Assembly: GCA_000091205.1 (NCBI GenBank)
Contig: AP006490.2
From: Cyanidioschyzon merolae
Lineage: Eukaryota
DNA: 64,000 nucleotides
Reading direction: 5' to 3' (one strand)
Positions 55,671 through 64,000 of this stretch are shown one piece after another (position 1 is the first letter of the stretch; each line of letters opens with the position of its first letter). The notes under the pieces were generated by a model that searched no databases, was not told the DNA's origin, and saw only the letters and a program-made list of their open reading frames with translations. The position numbers and the translations under genes are program-made.

Positions 55671-57568
55671 TGGCGCATTCGACGCTGCACACATTGCGTC
55701 CGTTGATCCCCAGTGAGGCGATAGCAGGTAAACCTGCGGTGTCTTGTCTCAAGCGCCCGTTGAAAAACTCTCGGTGTCTCCGCTTGTCGTGCAAAAAGCA
55801 CGTGTTCTCTAACACCGTTTTTTACAGTCACATGTACTCATGCTCGAAGCTGTTGCGCTTCTTGCTCGTAGTGATCGCTACCGGACTCAGTCCCGGCGGT
55901 ATGGCGCTAGCGAAAGACGTGTGCCCGTACTGTGCAGACCTCGGCCGAGCTTGTCAGGTTCAGAGCCAGCGCTGTGTGCCGTGCACCAGCTCTGCGAACT
56001 GCTCCTCGCTCCAGAGCTGTAACATCAACACGGGCTACTGCGATCCAAAGTCGCTCTTTCATCCCTTCGTATGGAACGATGGGATCATGGTGCCGCTTAT
56101 GTTCATTTCATCCGCAGTTCACAACGCTGCTGGTACTGGAGGCGGTACCAGTTACATCGCTTTGTTTGTGCTTGTTCTTGGCTTTCGAGTTGCAACCGCT
56201 AGCGCCAACTCCCACGCTTTCATCTTTGCTGGCATGATCGCGAATGTGCTGGTGAACCTGTGGGCACGCCATCCTTTCCGTGATATGCCTCGGATCGACT
56301 GGAACCTGGTTGCAACATCAGTGCCGCTCTTCTTGGCAGGCTCCAGTATCGGCGTATTTTTGAATCAGTTGTTCCCAAATTATTTTTTGTCACTTCTCCT
56401 GGCTTTCTTGATGCTGCTTCTCACGATGCTCGTCGTCTGGCTTGGTGTTCGTCTGACCTGGCGCGAGATGAAGCGACATCCTCTGGAGTCGAACAGAGAT
56501 CCATGCCCAGGCGATGTCCTCGCTGAACAGGACTCCCTGACTTGCGGACCAGAAACCTCGAAGGCACACACTAAGACCGCCATCGCCACAGACCTGAGCA
56601 TGGAAGACAAAACATTGCTGGAGCGCTCGAGAACGTCGACAACCGGTTCATTGGAGGCGTCGTCATGGACAGCTTCCACCGCGAAATCCATGGAAGCGTC
56701 GACTGCAGTTGCATCGCCAGGAGAATCTACACCGATCCCGCGCCTCGAGGGCGGAACCCTGCCAGGTATATGGCTACCGCGATGGCTGGACCCGCTGTTA
56801 CATTCGCGGACGCTCGACGAGATGATGCAATTTGAACGACCCTGGTTTCAATGGCGATATTGGTTGTTTCTCGCCTCATGCTGGAGCGTTCTTTTTGTTG
56901 CGCGATATCTTTCGGGATCTCGTGAAGCACGATCGCCCGTGGGCATGCCCCTTTGTGGCGTTGTTTTCTGGGTTGTTTTCGCTCTACAGGAGGCGTTTCT
57001 TGTAATAGCGGCCTTGGTTATGTGCCTACGGAACATTCGTCTGCGCCGACTAAGGGAATTACTTGGTTTTCCGAGGTATGTCGACGCGAACGACATGGGA
57101 GATTTCCCGCTCCACAGCGGATTTCTCGTCCCGTATATGAGTTTCACTTTTTTGGCTGGCATCCTCGATACGTGGATCGGAGTCAGCGGGAGTGCGCTGC
57201 TCGTTCCCTATCTCTACGTCCTGGGGCGCGTTGAACCTTTCACAGTGCAGAGCTCTGTTTCGGCGGTCATTTTCGTGACGTCATCTGCGGGTGCAGTTCA
57301 GTTCCTTGTCTACGGCAAGCTGATCATCAGCTACGCACTGTTCTATGGCCTCTGGTCACTGTTAGGATCACTGTTCGGTGTAGTTCTGGTTTACTACATT
57401 GCCCTAAGGTATCGAATGAAAGCCATCTTTCTGCTTGCACTAGCGGCTGCATGTGCATTTAGTTTCGGTACATTGGTCTACGTAGGTATTCGGAATGTTG
57501 TGCATGTAGCAGCTGCCGATGCGGGCTGGGTCTTTAACAGCATATGCTCGGCTGCCAGCAGGGCGTGA
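55619..57568 (+). CDS. TSUP-family membrane permease (TauE/SafE sulfite-exporter-like, DUF81) with a large hydrophilic central insert. True start may be the internal Met near 55832 preceding a signal/TM segment
   Basis: Two halves each carry the family glycine motif (AAGTGGGTSYIALFVLVLG and GVSGSALLVPYLYVLG) flanked by hydrophobic helices. About 130-aa Ser/Thr/Glu-rich loop between the halves. Confidence 0.6.
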   Translation: MSVELGSLSMDWRIALQLAHSTLHTLRPLIPSEAIAGKPAVSCLKRPLKNSRCLRLSCKKHVFSNTVFYSHMYSCSKLLRFLLVVIATGLSPGGMALAKDVCPYCADLGRACQVQSQRCVPCTSSANCSSLQSCNINTGYCDPKSLFHPFVWNDGIMVPLMFISSAVHNAAGTGGGTSYIALFVLVLGFRVATASANSHAFIFAGMIANVLVNLWARHPFRDMPRIDWNLVATSVPLFLAGSSIGVFLNQLFPNYFLSLLLAFLMLLLTMLVVWLGVRLTWREMKRHPLESNRDPCPGDVLAEQDSLTCGPETSKAHTKTAIATDLSMEDKTLLERSRTSTTGSLEASSWTASTAKSMEASTAVASPGESTPIPRLEGGTLPGIWLPRWLDPLLHSRTLDEMMQFERPWFQWRYWLFLASCWSVLFVARYLSGSREARSPVGMPLCGVVFWVVFALQEAFLVIAALVMCLRNIRLRRLRELLGFPRYVDANDMGDFPLHSGFLVPYMSFTFLAGILDTWIGVSGSALLVPYLYVLGRVEPFTVQSSVSAVIFVTSSAGAVQFLVYGKLIISYALFYGLWSLLGSLFGVVLVYYIALRYRMKAIFLLALAAACAFSFGTLVYVGIRNVVHVAAADAGWVFNSICSAASRA

Positions 57569-59533
57569 ATGAAGGACGCACCCAACGCGCTGAAGCGTCG
57601 GTGCGCCTGGAAGCCCATGCGTAGAGTTCCGGTTTCTTCTACCGTGAAGTGACGCTCCTTGTACGTGAAAACGATCAAGAGGGTGCCCTCAGGCGTTGAT
57701 AGAGCCACACATGAGCATGGCTGATTCCATGGAAGCCCGAGATTCGCCATGATTAGGGTATCGAAGAGAAGTTCACTGCAGGGATCTACGCCGCTCCGAA
57801 GTCGCCGTTGCGCATCGTAAAGCCAGCCGCAGCATCCGATCAATCGATGTGTTTCATGGGGTACGGACGACTTGTGGCGAGTCTGGCGCACCTGCGGCTC
57901 GCCAGGGTCCGGTAAGGAATATCGACCGAGCGGCGAACTTTCAGTGCAGTGACGTGACGACGCAAGTACTGTGGGAATCTCTCGCTTTCGTTGCGCAGCG
58001 TGACCTTGCTTTCGCACACGCTGCATGGCGCAAATGCTTGTAATGTGAAGTCATGGTAGACAGGTACCTGACGCGTACAACAGCACTGTAGCATTCTGAA
58101 TAGAACCTTTAAACTGTGTAGCAAACATTGGCCATTGGCAAAAAAATCCAACTGCCTGAACTGCCACTCGGTTGTTTAGCAGAGCCTGTGCGTCAAAGCA
58201 GCACCCATTGCAATCGTGCGAGTGCAAACCGCAGCGGCCGCGCACAAGGTATGCGACGAAAGTTTGTTTTCTCTGGACCGTCACGAAAAGCGGTTGTGGA
58301 CGCTCTCACAGATACCAGACTCCAGTATCTCATTGAAAGGTACTCACAGCTTCCGCGCACGTCTCATTTAAGAAGAACCGCTTCTGTTAGTTCAGCATCA
58401 TGGGAGCGCCTCTTTTATTCCTCAAGAGTTCGAGCACCATCGCGCTATTCTCGCGTTCTCCATGACCTGGTCTCCCGTCACCTGGTTTCCCGATGTTCGG
58501 CGTGACGGTACCTGTGGGGCTCTCTTTGCAGTGCAGTTGTGGGTACAGAGCCAACTTGCTCTTGCCTCATATCAAATCGATGAGTCTGTTGAGGTTCTCG
58601 AAGACGCGCTTCCATCGCCTGTAATCAGTGACAAGACCGCAGTTCCGCCACTGACGCTTTGCAGTTGTGCCAGCTACTCGCCACTGTGCCCGTCCGGATT
58701 GTAGGATGGACTGGTGCAGCAAACCTGTAGCTAATGTTTCTGTCGCGGTCGCTGCTCGGAGGTACAACCGATATGGTGTACCCGTGCGGTGCCTTTCTCG
58801 AAACACTAGTGCAACGGCGCTCTGGACTCGTAGACACTTTCTTGTACAGAATGCCAGCTCGCCGAACCTAGACCAGTGCCCCTGGACGCATGACTTGGAC
58901 CGGGAATCAGGGCGGAATCCACCATTCCTTTCAAAACGTTTCCACACACTGAACAAGCTTCAACCGTGTTTTCCCGTCCAGCACGCACACGAGATCCGTT
59001 CAAAAGCCATTCGCATACCAACTCGACTGTCAACGTTTGCTGCGTTTCTGGGTGAAGCACAACTGCCGTCAGCGCTGCGCAGTCTGCTCGAGATCAGAAG
59101 AGCGCGCCTCCGGGCCTCGTGCCGCTCCCGTTGCCTGCACTGGAGCGCCCCAGACGCGAGCGTTGCTGCATCCCGGCAATCATAGACACCGATCAGAGAA
59201 CTTCGCACTCTTCTCGTAGTTTTCGATGGGATCGAAGCGATACACGCAATCGAGGTCCCAGAAGAGATCCAGTTGTCTGTGAATCGATCGTGCGCATCGC
59301 AGCGATCGTTACTTCAAACGGCAACACAAAACGCTATCAGCCAGCATGGGCATCAACGCGATCGTGTGAAAATCACGTCACGTTGGCGAACGTGCGGTGG
59401 CGGCGCTGGTATGCGATGACGATCGAATCACAGCGCTGCCTGCTGCTGCGCTGGTACCCGTGCGGTGAAGCGCTGCCACAGGCGCAGCGGATAGACCAGG
59501 TGTGGTCTCGTCTGTACTCCACCAGCTTCGGTA

Positions 59534-62500
59534 TTGTCACCTGCACCTCACGAATACAGGAAAGCGGAGTGTGCGCGCTTTGAAGCTCTGATAATGGAGG
59601 CGGGTATAGGTTCGGAGCGGGCTGCTTACGTAGCGGGTACGGGGCGCGCGGAAACGGCAGTTGAAACGGTGCACGGACCGCCTCTAGTTCCCGAGCACGC
59701 TGACGTTCGTGACCCACACGGGCTTCGTGACTTGCGGCCAAGCACCCGGGGTCTGCGTTCTGCTCAGTTTCGAGCGCTTCTCATCAAAACGTACCATTAT
59801 CAGCGTCGCCAATGGTGCGACTCTGTCTGCATCTTTCTCATGCCCTTCGTTTTCCTACTTGCGGCGTTTATTCTCGGGAAGATCGTGAACTCCTCTATCA
59901 CACACAAACAAGTAACTGCTGCAGAGCAGAATCCGCGAGGCGGATTCGCACCGACTTTCTTTGACCCTAACCTCTGCGCCGAATACGGCTCCTTGGGTTG
60001 CGAGCTTGGGCCTTTTCTGCCCGCAATCGACATTGCAGTCGGCGGGGTTTCCGTGGACGTCCCACTGGTGTTCCCGTACGCGGGGCCAGCGAGCTCTGCG
60101 ACCAACCTCGGCCGCGTGAACTATGCTATTTGCAATCCCCTGTTTTCGACTTCTGCTTGCGAAGCGCTTGCTGCAGCCGGACCGTCTGTCCGAGAGGGAC
60201 TCTTCGGGAACTTTACGCTGCTCCCCTTTCTGTACAACGGCTCAGATATCTACAACGTCAACGATCTGTTGCTCAAGGTGTTTAGTAACGATACGTCCAA
60301 CAAGCGCTACCAAGCCCTGGTCAATTCCTCAAAGGCATCGCCCTCGTATCTGAACAACATCTATGGACTGAGTGTGGAGAGCTTTGGCGATGGATCCAGT
60401 GGCCGGGAGGCGCTTCTCCGCCAGCTGTACAATGTCTTCTACACCAGCGATCGTTACGCATTTCCGCAGTATTTCGGTGCTTACGTAATCTCCGATACGA
60501 GCTCGTTCCCGAATATCTCTGCGACCGTCTACTACAACAATACCAATCTGAATCTACCGTATCAGTCGCTTCCGTTGACAGTGCCTGCCAATGAGTTTTG
60601 CTATCCAGACGGCAACTGCCAGCTTATCGCGGGAGTCAGTCACCTGTACGACGTTGTCGCCAAGGCGAACGGCAAACTCGGAGTCGAGAATTTGCTGCGT
60701 ATTGTGCCCAAGGTCAAGGGTATTCAGTCCAATTTCAATTTTGTACAACTCGTGACCGCAGTGCTGATTGGCATTCTCCTGCATTTCATGATACCCTCAA
60801 TCCTACGGAATCTGGTGATGGAGCGTGAGAGCGGCATCCGCCAAAACATGCTCATCATGGGCTTGCGACTCCCGACCTACTACGTGGTGACGTACCTCGG
60901 TTTTCTGTTGATGTACCTTTTGGTCATGATCAGCACGGTCATCTTCGGCTTAGCATTCCGTATTCCTTTCTTTACGCTGAATACACCGCTTCTGTACTTT
61001 GCAACGTTCCTGCTCTGGGGACTAGCGATGATATCCTTCTGCATGTTCTTGGCGCCGTTTTTCTGGGAACCGTCCACTGCGCTGATCCTGGGCTGGACCT
61101 ATGTCGTCGTCATCAACTTTATTGGCGGCCAGTATATAGGGAACCTATTTACTTACGGAGCGTCGTCGGCGACGTTCTTGGCCACATTCCTGCTGCCGTC
61201 GTTCAGTTTCTTCTATTCAGTCTACTACGCCGGTGGCGTCAACGTTGCCGGTGTTGGCATCCATGTCAGATCCGATAACACCACCGTTCCAGGGGTCAAT
61301 CTGGGCATGTGTGCTGGAAATTCACTCATTTGCTACTCATATTTATACCTGGCTGTTGAGGCAATCGTTCTGCTGCTCATTGGTCTCTACTTGGACCAGG
61401 TTATCCCGCATCGGTTCCAGGTTCGAAAGCATCCGTTGTTCTTCCTCGGTTTCAAGCGCCGCGTAGCGTCAAAAGTTGTCATCGATGAAGAGAAGGCGAA
61501 CACGCTCACATCCAAGGCGGCTATCGACAGTAGCGTGCAGGCCGAGGAAGAGGCTGCTGCTGCAGCGCTTGCCGTTCCGTACGATGAGAATGCACCGAGC
61601 GTCTGCATTCATAGGCTTTCAGTCGCTTATCCCGGCAGGCCACCGTTCCACGCGGTTCGGGGCCTCTCGCTTGCATTGCGACGCGATGAGACTTTCGCAA
61701 TTATCGGCCAGAACGGTAGTGGCAAATCCACGACCATGAATTGCCTTACCGGCCTGCTTGATATCACGTCGGGCGATGTGCGTATCCTTGGTCTCGAGGT
61801 CCCAGGCGATCTCAATGAAATCCAACTACAAATGGGTGTGTGTCCGCAGTTTGACGTGCTTTGGAGTGATCTCACCGGAGAGGAGCACCTCTACTTCTAC
61901 GCCAGGCTGAAAAATGTCCCGCGGGCAAAAATCCGCTACGCTGTCCAGGACGCTCTGGAAAGCGTGCGGCTGGATGCGCCCCATGTACGGCACCGTTTGG
62001 CGCGAAAGTACTCCGGTGGGATGCGTCGACGACTCTCTGTGGCGATTGCCTTGATCGGGGGCAGCAAGCTGGTCATTCTCGATGAACCATCCACGGGTCT
62101 TGACCCCCAGTCGCGGTACGATTTGTGGGCCTGTATTCAGCAGCACCGTGCCGGGCGGACGATTCTGCTGACAACCCACTCGATGGAGGAGACGGAACGT
62201 CTCGCCGACCGTGTTGGCATCATGTGTATGGGTCAGATGCGAGCCATTGGAAGGCCGAATGAATTGCGTTTGCGTCTGGGCCAGGGCTATCGACTGGTAC
62301 TGCAGACAACACTCTCGCGAGCAGTGGTTGCACACGAACGCATTCTGGAAAAACTGAGTAGCAGGGCGGTTTTAGAAGCAACTGTTGGTGGTCAGTTCGT
62401 GTACATGCTTCCACGGGAAGACTTGCAGCTCTCGCAGGTGTTTGATGTGATGAACGCCATGCAGCTATCAGGCATCGTTACGGACTGGAGTGTTTCACAG

Positions 62501-62584
62501 GCCACCCTGGAGGATGTTTTTCTGCGTGTAACCCGCGAGGCAGAGCGCGAAGCCGAAGAGCATCGTGACAAGTGGGGCCTCTGA
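59534..62584 (+). CDS. ABC transporter, ABCA-subfamily half-transporter (one TMD plus one NBD). The first roughly 60 codons of the ORF are probably 5'UTR
   Basis: ABCA-type N-terminus (FRALLIKTYHYQRRQWCDSVCIFLMPFVFLL), large extracellular domain, 6-TM block, NBD with Walker A GQNGSGKSTTMNCL, signature YSGGMRRRLSVAIAL, Walker B LVILDEPSTGLD. TGA stop. Confidence 0.85.
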   Translation: MSPAPHEYRKAECARFEALIMEAGIGSERAAYVAGTGRAETAVETVHGPPLVPEHADVRDPHGLRDLRPSTRGLRSAQFRALLIKTYHYQRRQWCDSVCIFLMPFVFLLAAFILGKIVNSSITHKQVTAAEQNPRGGFAPTFFDPNLCAEYGSLGCELGPFLPAIDIAVGGVSVDVPLVFPYAGPASSATNLGRVNYAICNPLFSTSACEALAAAGPSVREGLFGNFTLLPFLYNGSDIYNVNDLLLKVFSNDTSNKRYQALVNSSKASPSYLNNIYGLSVESFGDGSSGREALLRQLYNVFYTSDRYAFPQYFGAYVISDTSSFPNISATVYYNNTNLNLPYQSLPLTVPANEFCYPDGNCQLIAGVSHLYDVVAKANGKLGVENLLRIVPKVKGIQSNFNFVQLVTAVLIGILLHFMIPSILRNLVMERESGIRQNMLIMGLRLPTYYVVTYLGFLLMYLLVMISTVIFGLAFRIPFFTLNTPLLYFATFLLWGLAMISFCMFLAPFFWEPSTALILGWTYVVVINFIGGQYIGNLFTYGASSATFLATFLLPSFSFFYSVYYAGGVNVAGVGIHVRSDNTTVPGVNLGMCAGNSLICYSYLYLAVEAIVLLLIGLYLDQVIPHRFQVRKHPLFFLGFKRRVASKVVIDEEKANTLTSKAAIDSSVQAEEEAAAAALAVPYDENAPSVCIHRLSVAYPGRPPFHAVRGLSLALRRDETFAIIGQNGSGKSTTMNCLTGLLDITSGDVRILGLEVPGDLNEIQLQMGVCPQFDVLWSDLTGEEHLYFYARLKNVPRAKIRYAVQDALESVRLDAPHVRHRLARKYSGGMRRRLSVAIALIGGSKLVILDEPSTGLDPQSRYDLWACIQQHRAGRTILLTTHSMEETERLADRVGIMCMGQMRAIGRPNELRLRLGQGYRLVLQTTLSRAVVAHERILEKLSSRAVLEATVGGQFVYMLPREDLQLSQVFDVMNAMQLSGIVTDWSVSQATLEDVFLRVTREAEREAEEHRDKWGL

Positions 62585-63535
62585 GCGCCTCTGTTTTTTT
62601 CCGCTTGGTCGAAGCTGCAGCGCATATCTCGAGTGACGTACCTGGTCTGCGTCAGATCGATGCTGTTTGCACTGGGACACGGGAGGAATGCACCGCGCTT
62701 CCCCGCGGATCCGTGGACGCTACAAATCATAACGCTTTCGGTGCGCTAGCTGCTACTGAAGCTATTCCGCCATCGCGCCACAGAGAAAGCGCCTCAGCAT
62801 CTGTTCAAAGGCATGGTGATGGATGCAAGACTCAGCCGCCGTATCCTGCACCGAATGCAGACGCAACGTCGCCTCATGACAAAGAAGCTGACACCAGCCA
62901 AGTCGCACGTCGGGGCGGGAACTCCAAATGCCTGTCTGTGTGTGTTTATTTTTACCGAAACGCGTACGATGAACATTGTTGAGCGTTTGCGTTTACGCTC
63001 ACCAGTATGCGCTTGTGTGAACGTCTCTGTTTGTATTTGTGTTTGCACATATCCCGCGCACTTGCCTAGAATTGTAACCATGTTCGTTCGTAAAACTGTG
63101 CAGCGTCCACACGATTCAGTCTGGATACCCGTTTGCCCAAATTACGACCTGGATCCCGTTTCCAGGAACATCTCACTTGTTGTTCAGTGGTTTCGTTCAG
63201 TTACGCTCGCATTCAGCGAGATCCCCTAGTCGTGCATGATGTGTACGGGTGTCAAGTTCAAGTGAGCGTGCTCTCAACATCGCCAGTTCTCCGGCAGCTG
63301 GCGCGTCCCAGAAGCCCTCCACCAAGCATGGAATTTGAGGTCAGGTACACGCTGGAGCGCTCTCCGGGTGCTGATCACATCCTCGCTTGAATTTATAGCA
63401 GTACCCTCAGTACAGTTCAAATCTTGATCAGCAGCATATGTTGGGAGCGGTTCTGTTCCATTCGGGGCGATCGATGTACTTTCTACTGCGCGACGGGCGC
63501 TTCGAACTAGGGCGCCAAGCGTATAACCCGCGACT

Positions 63536-64000
63536 CTAAAACGGACTCAAAGAGCGGAGCGTTCGCCTCCATTCTCTACCACTCGGAAGGCACTTGGCTT
63601 CGTATTCGGGTAAGACCTCAGGTAGCCATCGAATGATCGCAGCAACGCGATCCTCATCAGCTGGATGGGTGGAGAGATAGCTCGGCGGTGAGCGATGTCC
63701 GCGCATAAGCTTTTCACGCAGCGCTTTCATCCTTTCGAACATGGGCGCCATCGCTTGTGGATCGAAACATGCTGCAGCCATCAGATGCAAGCCGATATAA
63801 TCCGCTTCACTCTCCATGCGTCGACTGAACGGCAAGGTCAGTAGCAACTGCATCAGCAAGTTCGTCAGGAGACGCGTATCGATGAACTGATTGATCACAA
63901 TCTGCAGTAGCAGGAGGATTTTGGCAAAGGCCAGCTTCTCCGCGCCGTGTCGTGCGACTGCATGGGCAATCTCATGCGCTAAAACTGCTGCAACCGAGTT
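63536..64000 (-). CDS. M48-family zinc metallopeptidase, OMA1-like (partial, N-terminus beyond window end)
   Basis: The minus-strand frame continues to the window edge: AVLAHEIAHAVARHGAEK (HExxH) ... SRRMESEADYIGLHLMAAACFDP ... YLSTHPADEDRV. This is colinear with OMA1 (HEIAHAV..H..E / SRKLEAEADKIGL / LSTHPS). Confidence 0.7.
   Translation of the reverse strand, partial: NSVAAVLAHEIAHAVARHGAEKLAFAKILLLLQIVINQFIDTRLLTNLLMQLLLTLPFSRRMESEADYIGLHLMAAACFDPQAMAPMFERMKALREKLMRGHRSPPSYLSTHPADEDRVAAIIRWLPEVLPEYEAKCLPSGREWRRTLRSLSPF

Noticed and set aside
1-64000. Trypanosomatid origin (suggested by GC content, intronless genes and the FHA-parvulin architecture)
   Set aside because: Genes switch strand almost every gene, with no polycistronic same-strand runs. 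TAF11-like and AMBRA1-like genes and a plant-type heme oxygenase are not expected there.

Overview
This is a eukaryotic nuclear segment of about 57% GC. About 22 protein-coding genes are recognisable on both strands, and every one is a single uninterrupted ORF, so the genome looks intron-poor. Most are housekeeping genes: a plant/algal-type heme oxygenase (partial), an FHA-domain double-parvulin, MTHFS, eRF1, a PTGES2-like protein, an LSm, RPS4, MCTS1, a TAF11-like protein, mitochondrial uL13, eEF1A, a UBE2H-like E2, a SulP transporter, an RMND1/DUF155 protein, an AMBRA1-like WD40 protein, adenylate kinase, a tRNA-splicing endonuclease-like protein, a TSUP permease, an ABCA half-transporter and an OMA1-like peptidase (partial). 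Three to four further ORFs have no identifiable function. All three standard stop codons terminate genes normally. The accessory content is what stands out: four copies of one TnpB/Fanzor-like RuvC-nuclease element. One is near full length, one is inverted and degraded, one is 5'-truncated, and one is a fragment fused to a Tc1/mariner-like transposase remnant. All copies share a conserved non-coding tail after the stop codon, which is a candidate guide/omega-RNA scaffold. The full-length copy carries a 75-bp x6 in-frame tandem repeat immediately before the RuvC-I motif. The second anomaly is the eRF1 gene: its otherwise highly conserved reading frame is interrupted by in-frame TAG and TAA codons at conserved Tyr and Lys positions, with no frameshift. 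A roughly 650-bp dispersed repeat family (three copies), several tandem repeats and a few microsatellites are also present. One tandem repeat creates uORFs ahead of the TSUP gene. No rRNA, CRISPR array or prokaryote-type operon was seen, and tRNAs could not be called reliably by eye. Taxon is uncertain; a compact, GC-rich, possibly algal genome is a guess based on the heme oxygenase type.
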